Below are positions 46,101 through 54,352 of a DNA stretch of 64,000 nt, piece after piece. Below the pieces are notes generated by a model. The model was not told the origin of the DNA. It made no database searches and saw only the letters and a list, made by a program, of their open reading frames with translations. Within the stretch, counting starts at the first letter, position 1, and each line of letters begins with the position of its first letter. Made by a program: the position numbers and the translations under genes. This DNA is from an uncultured virus (IMG/VR IMGVR_UViG_3300021197_001448) (Duplodnaviria; Heunggongvirae; Uroviricota; Caudoviricetes), in the IMG/VR virus record IMGVR_UViG_3300021197_001448; one strand, 5' to 3'.

Positions 46101-48217
46101 CCTTCCCCAACTGTAATCCAAAATTTATTTGTTAATACCCCAGTAGATGGATGGATTTGAGGACCCTTTGCGCCTTGTAATGTTTCATTAACAAAAGCCT
46201 CAACATCATCGACAGTAATGTATGAATTCGCAGTTCCCAATGTCAAATCATGATCGGTTACGATTGCTTGAATCGACGTTTTTTGCACCCTTGTTGCTAT
46301 CCCCTTAAAACCGCCAAATCCACCTGCAAAAGTGCGGTGATTTAGAGGATCGCAGATTTCTATTGCTGCAAGACTGTCTGTCACTCCCCAATCTACTGAA
46401 TTTCGTGCCTCATAGGTTCTCATCTGCACACGATTTTTTGCTGTCATGGTGCAATCAATAGTCATTTGAAAATCTTTACCAATTGAGTGTACCCCATTAG
46501 TAACCCCCTCTACTTCTTCGTAGATTCCATCCACATCATAGAACATAGAGGGGAACAATGGCAACTCAACTAACGCACGTGTCGAAGCATAATCTGTTGA
46601 TGTTTGCCGATCATTGCGAACCGATGCATTTCCTGATCCTACAATTCGATCTTTCCATCCTGGTAAGAAAGGATGTTCAGTCCATTCAGGTTTAGCATCA
46701 ATACCTCCTTGACCAACTCCCCCCAATGTAATTGATACAGTAGGAGTTCCAGTATCGCCAATCTCTTTTATTGGAACGCTTTCGCCCAAATTTAAATTTC
46801 GCTTTGTTTCTTTACCTGTAAGATCCATAAGATTTGAACGCCCACGAACTTCAAGACTGGCCTCACCGTTTTTCATTTGTGTATTGAATTCCTCAGCCCT
46901 TCCATTTAACAGTGAAATTTCAATGGAAACAGTAGATGGATCCTCATGAGTTTCAAGGGTCAAAAAATCATCAAGAACCGCATAACGATTTCTATTTGCA
47001 GGAACTACGAGAATTGTATTTGCATTTTGAGATACTTTATTGTCTATGATGTTGAATACTTGAAGAGTTGATCGAGATAATTCAGGTGGAGTTCTTTGAG
47101 TTGAGTTGAATGTTTCTAAATTTTTGCCAATATTTGATTGTATTGTCATTACATGGTGAGTAGGGTTTGAGGTTTCATCAGGAGTGTTGGAATTAGCAAT
47201 ATTTTGAGGTCGGCCATAACCCTTCAAATTATTTTTTACTGAAATAACACAATCGCTTATGTCTATGAAAGGAGAGGGGAATGAGCCTTCAAATGCATGA
47301 GATTTAAGAACGTGCGATTTTATTGCTTGCTTGAAATTTTTAGTTGGCAAAGTAATCAACCCTCCTGCTGCTGTAATCTTCATTTGAACATCTGAATCAG
47401 TCGCAGGTGCTGATGAATACGGTTTAAGCAAAATATCTGATAAGGTTCTATATACTCCTGATGAGACTTCATACAAAGTTGATGATGCAGGGATTGTTTT
47501 CTTGACCACTAAATATCCTTTATTGTCTCCTTCTACGTGATAAGGCCGTTGATGAGGATTGACTTGGGATGGAGTTAGAGTATTCCCTGCAACAACCTCT
47601 CCAGTTAAATCAATAGCATCATAGAAAACAAGAACTCTTTTCGGACCCCCTGCGTTTATCAAGATAGTTGGCGATTCGATTGAAGCGATTAACGGTTGTT
47701 TCGAGGGGCTTAGATGTTTGATATAACCGTCATTCGTTGGTTTATCTTTGATTAAGTTAGCAGTATGATCCGTATCTAACCCCTTTATCATAAACGGCTT
47801 TATGTCATCAACAGCAATAGCAATCATTTCGTCGTGAACTGACGATGAAAACGTAACCTCCATCGTATCGCTATATGATCCTGCCCCTCCTTGAATAACT
47901 ATGCGATTGAAAGGATTGCCGCTTGAGTCGGTGGAGTATGAAGTGACGCTTTGATTTGTTACTGAACTGGTATCTCCGAGATAAACATTCTCAGTCACAT
48001 TAACCTTCTCGTTTTCTTTTAAGATCGATTGCATAGGCAATTCATCTGTTTTGTAAATAAATTCATCAACAACTCCTTGAATCGTTTGACGAACTATTTG
48101 TTCATCAGGCGATGGCATTTGGTGTAAAAAGAATTCACCTTTTACTCGATTGTACGTTGTCATTCCCGACATACCTGCGTAGCCATCATCATCTGAATTT
48201 TCTAAATCTGCCATCAA
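43157..48217 (-). CDS. Large tail protein with a C-terminal LamG-like domain
   Basis: 1686 aa; ends FAGYLTDVALWKRYMS. Confidence 0.7.
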   Translation of the reverse strand: MMADLENSDDDGYAGMSGMTTYNRVKGEFFLHQMPSPDEQIVRQTIQGVVDEFIYKTDELPMQSILKENEKVNVTENVYLGDTSSVTNQSVTSYSTDSSGNPFNRIVIQGGAGSYSDTMEVTFSSSVHDEMIAIAVDDIKPFMIKGLDTDHTANLIKDKPTNDGYIKHLSPSKQPLIASIESPTILINAGGPKRVLVFYDAIDLTGEVVAGNTLTPSQVNPHQRPYHVEGDNKGYLVVKKTIPASSTLYEVSSGVYRTLSDILLKPYSSAPATDSDVQMKITAAGGLITLPTKNFKQAIKSHVLKSHAFEGSFPSPFIDISDCVISVKNNLKGYGRPQNIANSNTPDETSNPTHHVMTIQSNIGKNLETFNSTQRTPPELSRSTLQVFNIIDNKVSQNANTILVVPANRNRYAVLDDFLTLETHEDPSTVSIEISLLNGRAEEFNTQMKNGEASLEVRGRSNLMDLTGKETKRNLNLGESVPIKEIGDTGTPTVSITLGGVGQGGIDAKPEWTEHPFLPGWKDRIVGSGNASVRNDRQTSTDYASTRALVELPLFPSMFYDVDGIYEEVEGVTNGVHSIGKDFQMTIDCTMTAKNRVQMRTYEARNSVDWGVTDSLAAIEICDPLNHRTFAGGFGGFKGIATRVQKTSIQAIVTDHDLTLGTANSYITVDDVEAFVNETLQGAKGPQIHPSTGVLTNKFWITVGEGLVQGYSLYSATLTEQRDGVFFMLQVHKIDNSTNKIYVDTAISRNLGGDTNLNLSASAPTASGRIFDGAVVTYGGCLIHAGLGRIVPNIDTTSPPYTTDSYADAVIVGLKAILGLSDTAITKITTSRKTYVVINEHGIVDIGGFEFDIWNKYGFDNNRELKEPIICHPNFTSLKGKSSDGLTLKEVMPQDFYLRDIALKVDGFESCVNELIRQINMAGHPQAKNSFGASAYESILEGTNKSGGHYGYVRAFIGKPVESRLGEKGISIVIHSTVPGASGREFAVSLSNKSVYPYRPIQAIGHGGLLATNSRSYQMNSFPAPMPIGSDGETFVPITTFTGAPHGSVIHPLDQDNKIRSYNGVGNTFKTKTIKTADSVLIAANGSYSWDNAQGFFKYIAVKGAAMDYMARTSMTYHGIKDSESGSTEGFSRLLRINGVLATFDEVRPSAIASGSTLAGGLDEAFLLNVKPLSEPDRFVKKFYDGNFNTFADEITDIDVEFLYPAIDQEAILFFGGGHTGLTFDISDGTDNDYSDFYQHPLAKGPTGFSGFQNLGETSSPFAVLDFTDVLNEDTINSDTLRGFHHTTVLNSDNEPEGKCAFYARLQNGIYGSGEDLGTGTVSQDNTKWREDLYNRKVRVTSANGMGTPKNGVTNTVEVTPTGSAPTAKLFAHGDVVALHNNNSGTIEAEHAEVKNFDPGNANWCISAICAPPASNPNYMTGPIFHAIYDDGTPNGRPYGLHLGASAPSSGNIPISLAITGFNPAPFPGNPKVEAAVLVPSTVTGSSVKVDETGYTFIMAGQRDPSSPVPSFLYIGNTVGITNPETGSMAAGIFDFSDYMIRLPDQQYATGTPGASPNGKANFETETSGYGGGDADHPNLPTAVHSIRDKNMATIGCALIGAPFINMLPGITQGGKAITAPVNDYFTALQSGSPTYGVTGTGGSFGDGKNSAGPIHFAGYLTDVALWKRYMSFTEATNWFASYNKW

Positions 48218-50592
48218 ATCACCGTGTATTTATCAAGAAAATAACCTTGCACTTGTTGTCTTTCAGCATCAGTCAAAACTCGATCATACAGAATAAATTC
48301 TGCAAATTCGGTGTTTTGAGGGGCTTTGTTGCTTGCCGTTCCTGTTTTAGCGGCAGGGTCGGTGGATAAAGCCCTTCCGAATAAACCAAAAAGTGCGTTA
48401 TCAAAACGATAATCATTGACCACTTTAGCAACAAAAGTACCCATCTCTTGAGCAAAGCGATGTATTACTGCATTGTTAGTGGTATGGTTGAAGGTGATTG
48501 AAAGCAATCCAGGTGTTTGTATCGAACCCGCACCCACCCCTCCACGTGCAAGACTCAATGATGTAGTAACTCCATTATTTGTTAAGGTGAATGCATTTCC
48601 AACTGTCCCACCTCCAAAGAAGGTTTTGTTAGTGCTTGCGTTTTCACCGATCAAGTCATAAGTTGAAGAAAGTGTAAATGCGGCACTCGAATGGATCATC
48701 CAAAATGCAGTAAATCCATTTGTTCCAGTCTGATGAGTAATTTGTTTTGATTCACCATCATTTGTTCCTATGTTTACCAAAGCCCCATTGCTTGATGTAA
48801 TCTTAAGCGAAGGGAATGAATTGAATTCAGCACTTTGGGCTTGATACGCCCATGTTCCAACAGCATATACTCCAAATTCATTACCGCTATAATCTGGAAC
48901 GTGAGTTACGGTTGCGCCATCTGAATAACCTGTCAAAGCATTGACTGGCAACCACATGATCATATTGCTTTGGAATGGAGGATCTGGATCGGGGGCTTCT
49001 GTTGTAGCGGCAGCACTTCCAATTGTCGATGGTATTCGGCTTTGTTTTGAAACAAAGAACGCGGTATTGCGATTTCCACTACGATCTTCAAAGCGTTGCC
49101 CTTGTGTGAATCTTGATCTTGTAAATGCATCTTTTTGCCGAGTTACTTGATTTGCTACTGATGCTGATGTGGACTTATTACCAGGATCTATCACTAAATC
49201 AGCATTGCCCAACACAAACCAAACAGGCGTTCCATCGGCATGATCAAAAATGAACCCTTGTCCTTTAGGATGATTTTCAATCGTTGCTGATACAGAGGTA
49301 TCATTTTGTAGATGAACTGATTGGCAAACCACCCTATTGTTGGCAAAATCCAAAGATAGTATTCTAATACGTTCAATTGGATTAACCATAGGATCTAAGT
49401 CTGATATGTTAGCAAGAAACACATCTGCACCATTCGTAATATCTTGTGTTCGACCACTTGCTGTTTTTGTCAATCCAGTCAAGGGGTGAGTTCCTGATTG
49501 ATTAACAACTCCGTTTAACGAAGAATGCTTAATCCTATCAGACGCAAGATAATCCAAAGACCCTGTATTTGCCCCGTATGTGTACGCATTTAAGTTTAGG
49601 GAGGTAGAGTACCATGTTTGCCTTTTGATGTCTGATAAGGGTATTCCTGTGGCTATTGCGGCTAATTTCTCTAAAGCCGTGTAGTTGTCATCATTATTAT
49701 TCGGATGTGCAGGTCTTTCATAAATCTTGAAATATCCTAAATCATTGATGTTCTGAAAGTCATAAGCCACGCATACCAAAGGAGTTTCAAAAAGACTTTT
49801 TCGATTTAAATTACCATCACGGCCTTGTGTTGCCGATGCCTCGTTAGCATTGTCAAAAAAGTGAATATTAGGTATGTGCATCTCATCTTCAAAATCCCAA
49901 AGGCCAATGGTCTGATCGGTCACAGTCAATGGTGAAAGGGAAGCAATGGTTTCCCCCCTGTTGATCCGCACACTCTCAATGATGCCTCGAAATTCGCCGC
50001 CCCTCCCTCCAATAAAAAAGTCTGATGATACGTTATCCAAAATACGTTGTTCAACTAAATTCAACTTACCAACAAGATTTGTATTTACATAAACTCTCAT
50101 TTCATCGCCTGTAAACTGCGCTGTAACTAACATCAAAGGTTGCGCTCCTTCTGAAATATCATCAGGTAAATGCTCACCACCTCCATAAGTTCCCGAATGC
50201 GACTCTCTTAACGTATTGATGTCAAAGGTCGTCGTTAGCCTAAAAACACGGCCAATGCAGTGAATTGTAAATTCAATAGGAGCGTTTTTGAATGGGTCGC
50301 CAACTTTTAATTCAAAGCAATTAGGTTTAACCACAACAGTTCCTCCATAATTCGGAACAACAAAAGCATCAATAGTAAAGGCACTTAAAATTCGATTTAA
50401 GGGATTTGTTTCAGTTGGAAGATGCAATCTCCCGATCTTAGTCGCATCGCTTTTGAGGGTGGCTGATCCTCCTGAATAGGTTGGGTGTAATAGATTAACA
50501 CCAGATTCTTTGGATTGACCTGTTGGAACTACAATTCCGTCTGTGAAGCCATTGAATCGTATGGCATTGCTGGTAATTTTGTGTAAACCCAT
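48214..50592 (-). CDS. Tail protein with two LamG/concanavalin-like domains
   Basis: AIRFNG..FTIDAF..FRGIIESVRI; MWLPV..AEFILYDRVLT. Confidence 0.75.
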   Translation of the reverse strand: MGLHKITSNAIRFNGFTDGIVVPTGQSKESGVNLLHPTYSGGSATLKSDATKIGRLHLPTETNPLNRILSAFTIDAFVVPNYGGTVVVKPNCFELKVGDPFKNAPIEFTIHCIGRVFRLTTTFDINTLRESHSGTYGGGEHLPDDISEGAQPLMLVTAQFTGDEMRVYVNTNLVGKLNLVEQRILDNVSSDFFIGGRGGEFRGIIESVRINRGETIASLSPLTVTDQTIGLWDFEDEMHIPNIHFFDNANEASATQGRDGNLNRKSLFETPLVCVAYDFQNINDLGYFKIYERPAHPNNNDDNYTALEKLAAIATGIPLSDIKRQTWYSTSLNLNAYTYGANTGSLDYLASDRIKHSSLNGVVNQSGTHPLTGLTKTASGRTQDITNGADVFLANISDLDPMVNPIERIRILSLDFANNRVVCQSVHLQNDTSVSATIENHPKGQGFIFDHADGTPVWFVLGNADLVIDPGNKSTSASVANQVTRQKDAFTRSRFTQGQRFEDRSGNRNTAFFVSKQSRIPSTIGSAAATTEAPDPDPPFQSNMIMWLPVNALTGYSDGATVTHVPDYSGNEFGVYAVGTWAYQAQSAEFNSFPSLKITSSNGALVNIGTNDGESKQITHQTGTNGFTAFWMIHSSAAFTLSSTYDLIGENASTNKTFFGGGTVGNAFTLTNNGVTTSLSLARGGVGAGSIQTPGLLSITFNHTTNNAVIHRFAQEMGTFVAKVVNDYRFDNALFGLFGRALSTDPAAKTGTASNKAPQNTEFAEFILYDRVLTDAERQQVQGYFLDKYTVI

Positions 50593-50593
50593 T

Positions 50594-51841
50594 TCACAAT
50601 CCCACCAACTGTTCAACAGGGTTGAGGGTCATTTGATAATTCCACACCGAATCTCCTGCTTCATAACTTGGATCAAATGTTTGAACAACAGCAGGTATGG
50701 CTACGCCTTGACGAAGAAACGGATTTGGCCTTACTGTTTTGTTGTTAATCGTTTCAACTGGATCGAAAGGCTCAGTATTAGATTCAGCCGAATGATCTGT
50801 TCCTGGACCCGCAGGTATCAAGAATTGCCGCAACTCTCGATTTCCTGTTGTTGAAGAAACAATTGACTCATATGGTATTCTGACACCTATGATGTATTTC
50901 TTAACAGATTTTGCTTGATCTATTTGTAAGAATTGTGCAGAATCAAAAGAAGCGATAGAATCAGGTAAATCAATCAAGGATCCTGTCAAAACCTGTGGGC
51001 TAATCAAAGCACCTCCTGCACTTGGATTTGTAATAGAATTGATAAGATCCTGTAATTTATCTCCACGCGTCATCTTTATGCCAGTCACTCCGCCTGTGAT
51101 ATTGGTTACAAAAAACTGCTTAATCCAGGCCGCTTGTATTGAATTAGTTGTTTTCTTTACAGACGTGTTTGAATTTCCTGTTGAGCCTGTTGCTTTATTT
51201 GAGATAATTAACATCTCATCTGCATATGTTCCAGTTGAACCATTTTGGTTAAAATAAGAAACTGATGCGGCTTGCCCTGCTTTTGTAGATACAGTCGCCT
51301 CAGTTGTAAAGGGTACTGTTGCAGCATCAACTTTGATATTAGCGGCTTCTAACGCTGTTTTAATTGCGCTTGATACTCCACTGGTATTTGTAGTCGATGA
51401 AATATTTGCATAAATAATGCTTTTTGTAGCAACAACATTTACTCCAGATCCATTCTTTAATCGTAATTCGATAGATTCTCCAAGATCGGCATCAATTTGT
51501 CCTTTTGTTTTGAATATGATTGTCACGCCATCCATTTCTGTTTTGACACCTGCCCATGTAGTGTTTAGTGACGCATACCATGAGGATGCCCCTGCACTGC
51601 CAAAAGCCAAAGAGAGATCAATAGCCATTTCAGCAGAAACACTACCTGTTGCTTCTTCATCATCAGTAATGATGCCATTGATTGTAATGCCAACTTGAGG
51701 CTGATTAAGATCGAGAGCCGCACGTGTGGCAATCAAAGGAATGGGGTGAACCAAAACAGTTCGTTGAATTGAAAAATTTATATCGGTTGCTTCGAGTTCA
51801 ATTACGGTACTATCTCTACGAATCAACTGTATCATTGGCAT
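50594..51841 (-). CDS. Distal tail (Dit)-like protein with an internal insertion
   Basis: Position after TMP; DLN..ITINGII N-part and VVQTFDPSY..WNYQMTL C-part. Confidence 0.6.
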   Translation of the reverse strand: MPMIQLIRRDSTVIELEATDINFSIQRTVLVHPIPLIATRAALDLNQPQVGITINGIITDDEEATGSVSAEMAIDLSLAFGSAGASSWYASLNTTWAGVKTEMDGVTIIFKTKGQIDADLGESIELRLKNGSGVNVVATKSIIYANISSTTNTSGVSSAIKTALEAANIKVDAATVPFTTEATVSTKAGQAASVSYFNQNGSTGTYADEMLIISNKATGSTGNSNTSVKKTTNSIQAAWIKQFFVTNITGGVTGIKMTRGDKLQDLINSITNPSAGGALISPQVLTGSLIDLPDSIASFDSAQFLQIDQAKSVKKYIIGVRIPYESIVSSTTGNRELRQFLIPAGPGTDHSAESNTEPFDPVETINNKTVRPNPFLRQGVAIPAVVQTFDPSYEAGDSVWNYQMTLNPVEQLVGL

Positions 51842-53268
51842 CAGATCACCCCTCTTGTGTAACTTCCGCCTCTTGAACGGTTTCGCATAACCTTAGTCAC
51901 TTCATCGCTAACGGCTTTTGCGATCTCTTTAGCGTTTCCTCCACCACTTACATTGATTGTGATGTTGTTTGTGTTTGATGAGCCGCCTCCTGCGCCACCT
52001 TTGATTGATACTGGGATTGTGCGGCCATCTGGAAGAGGGACTACGGCTTCTGTTCCGTGTAGTGTAACTGGATAGCCACTTTTCGGACCACTTGCGACTC
52101 CACCCTCATTGAATCCCATGAGATCAGCAGCCCCGCCCAATAGACCGCCTCCAATGTCAAGAACAGCAGATGCGCCATCAAGGATGGCTTCTATAACAGT
52201 AATAACAGGATCAAGAATAAACATAAGTCCATCCATTGCCTTTTGGAAATATGGCATGAGCCATCCAATTAACCCCATTATCAATCGCATAACAACGCCT
52301 AAAATACCTGTAATTATGCGAATAATTGGATTTAAGAAATTAAAGAAAGCCTTAACAAATTTAATGATAGGGGGTCCTAATTTCGCCCAAATTTTAATGA
52401 ATAGTGCAATGATACTTGCGGCTACAACTGCTATTACTCCATAAATAAATCCAACATACTCGATCACTTGAACTGCAAAATCTATTATCCCGCTACTGAA
52501 TAAGAAATCTACGAAAAACTGAACTGTATTTTCAATTCCTGAAATTAAATCATCCATTGTCAAACCAGTTTCTTTGAAAGCCCCGAGAATAATACCTAAT
52601 GCCATGCCGATCATCCCAAAGAACATAGCAAAGGCATCAACTATTCGTTGAAACATACCTTCTTTCCCCATGCGTTCTACAACCTGACCAATACCATCTA
52701 ATACTGCCGTAATGAATGTGATATACAATGTCAATGTACCCCCCAAAATAGCAAAAACCGTTTCAAGAACAGGCATAAAGTCGCCTCCGAATGCTGAGAA
52801 ATCCAATCCACCAATGACTCCTGCAATAGTTCCGATGACTCCAATAAATGTATCAACTAATCCTTTACCTGCTTCCATAACCATGTTGAAAGTCCCAAGA
52901 GCCGATTCACCACCTCCTAAGTGTTTAGAAAGCAACAATATGCCTATGCCTAAAAGAGCAAATGCACCCAATACAAAAATCATTATTGTGTTGATCTTTG
53001 TAAAAAATCCAAGAAGTTTTCCTAACGGACCCATCGTTTTTTCAGTTGCCTCTCCTACTTTTTCAGTTGCGCCTGTAAATTCTTCAAAAATATCTTTTGT
53101 TGTTTCTACTTTGTTCGATACATCAATAAACAATCTGTAAAAAGGTCCTAAAACCTTATTCAAAACCTTATATTTCATGTTTAGAAGATTGATCGATTTA
53201 CCTTGATCTTTTACAAGAGTATTGAGTTTGGTTTGAGATGTAAGAAACTTAGTGAGTTCATCGCTCAT
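51841..53268 (-). CDS. Tape measure protein
   Basis: Amphipathic/hydrophobic helical repeats; C-terminal GGVASGP..HGTEAVVPL..ITINVSG. Confidence 0.85.
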   Translation of the reverse strand: MSDELTKFLTSQTKLNTLVKDQGKSINLLNMKYKVLNKVLGPFYRLFIDVSNKVETTKDIFEEFTGATEKVGEATEKTMGPLGKLLGFFTKINTIMIFVLGAFALLGIGILLLSKHLGGGESALGTFNMVMEAGKGLVDTFIGVIGTIAGVIGGLDFSAFGGDFMPVLETVFAILGGTLTLYITFITAVLDGIGQVVERMGKEGMFQRIVDAFAMFFGMIGMALGIILGAFKETGLTMDDLISGIENTVQFFVDFLFSSGIIDFAVQVIEYVGFIYGVIAVVAASIIALFIKIWAKLGPPIIKFVKAFFNFLNPIIRIITGILGVVMRLIMGLIGWLMPYFQKAMDGLMFILDPVITVIEAILDGASAVLDIGGGLLGGAADLMGFNEGGVASGPKSGYPVTLHGTEAVVPLPDGRTIPVSIKGGAGGGSSNTNNITINVSGGGNAKEIAKAVSDEVTKVMRNRSRGGSYTRGVI

Positions 53269-53644
53269 AACCATCACCCGTTAATTTTTCATTATGACGT
53301 TCAAAGAAATCATCTAACGCTTCGCCATCGCTTGTTGTGCGTATAGGTTGCCCCTTATTGCCTCTTCCATTCTTCATCTGTCTTTCTGCATCTTTTTGCA
53401 TACGATCAAGCATCTCCGCTTTCTTTTCACTGGCGGCTCTCATAATCATATAATCGAGCATAACTCGATCAGAGGGCATATTGTCCCAAAAATGAGGGGG
53501 GCAACTAAAATGCGTTCCAAGTGAAAATGTAATCGCCTGGTAAGACAATATAGTTGCCTGTTGTATGTTGAGTTTGGGTTTTTCGCTTGGATCTAAATCT
53601 TCATCAAGAAAGGACACTAAGTCCTCATAACTTAACCCAAAGGG
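53258..53644 (-). CDS. Tail assembly chaperone, frameshift extension (GT-like)
   Basis: Open in the -1 frame from heptamer CCCTTTG; LGTHFSCPPHFWDNMP resembles gpT-type domains. Confidence 0.75.
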   Translation of the reverse strand, partial: PFGLSYEDLVSFLDEDLDPSEKPKLNIQQATILSYQAITFSLGTHFSCPPHFWDNMPSDRVMLDYMIMRAASEKKAEMLDRMQKDAERQMKNGRGNKGQPIRTTSDGEALDDFFERHNEKLTGDGYER

Positions 53645-53985
53645 CTTCCACCACCCGCAAACTTGGAGATGATGTCATTTAGATCAGGTAATACTGTTCT
53701 GATTGCATCTCCTGCTTCTGGAGTGAGGTTGAGAAGATCGTTCTTAGAGAGAACAGGTTCTGTTTTGACAATGCAGTTGATAAGAACATATTTCCAATAA
53801 CCGCCAAGATCAATGTTGGGGCTAACTTCCCCATCTGCACCAGTCTTAAATGATACAAAATTAGACATTGCTTCTTGTTGAGCCACCCATGAAAGTGGTT
53901 TAACATAAACAACGAGTTCACCTACTGGTGTTTGAAGTTCATGTCGTTGAGGTGAATTGCTTAGGACAAAGGGATTATTCGACAT
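53632..53985 (-). CDS. Tail assembly chaperone (G-like)
   Basis: Between tail tube and TMP; VYVKPLSW..Q.A pattern. Confidence 0.75.
   Translation of the reverse strand: MSNNPFVLSNSPQRHELQTPVGELVVYVKPLSWVAQQEAMSNFVSFKTGADGEVSPNIDLGGYWKYVLINCIVKTEPVLSKNDLLNLTPEAGDAIRTVLPDLNDIISKFAGGGSPLG
53638..53644 (-). other. -1 ribosomal frameshift slippery heptamer C CCT TTG
   Basis: X XXY YYZ in the correct phase, one codon before the stop of 53632-53985. Confidence 0.8.
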
Positions 53986-54313
53986 CCTCTTCATCTCCTT
54001 CTTCTTCTTCTTCTTCGTCATTGTCATGTTCCAACAAACGTGTAATTAACACAGATTTGTTGCCTGTTACTGACAGACTTCGATTTTGTAGTTCGACACG
54101 GAGTTCTGTTACGGTCAAAGCATCCCAACGGTTTGTTGTAACTTCTGCAAGAGGGGTATTCTCATCTGTTGCATTTTTAAGATCGGGCAAAAAGGTGTGA
54201 ACTTTTACATCATCAGCAGATAATCCCGGTCCTGCAACCACAGATACTCCGTTTATTTTCCAGTCTAAAGACACTCTTTTTCCATCAACATTTATCGTTC
54301 CAGTAAGTCGCAT
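53975..54313 (-). CDS. SAP-domain protein
   Basis: LTVTELRVELQNRSLSVTGNKSVLITRL. Confidence 0.85.
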   Translation of the reverse strand: MRLTGTINVDGKRVSLDWKINGVSVVAGPGLSADDVKVHTFLPDLKNATDENTPLAEVTTNRWDALTVTELRVELQNRSLSVTGNKSVLITRLLEHDNDEEEEEEGDEEDVE

Positions 54314-54337
54314 TGTATCACCGTTGTATTCTTTTAA

Positions 54338-54349
54338 CTTAAAGCCTCA
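54338..54349 (-). promoter_or_regulatory. Putative promoter TGAGGCTTTAAG
   Basis: Same core as 15663 and 19649; TTTAAG starts 30 nt before ATG 54313. Confidence 0.6.
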
Positions 54350-54352
54350 TAA

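Noticed and set aside
35367..50592. Diversity-generating retroelement acting on tail genes
   Set aside because: No reverse transcriptase and no TR/VR pair noticed in the window.
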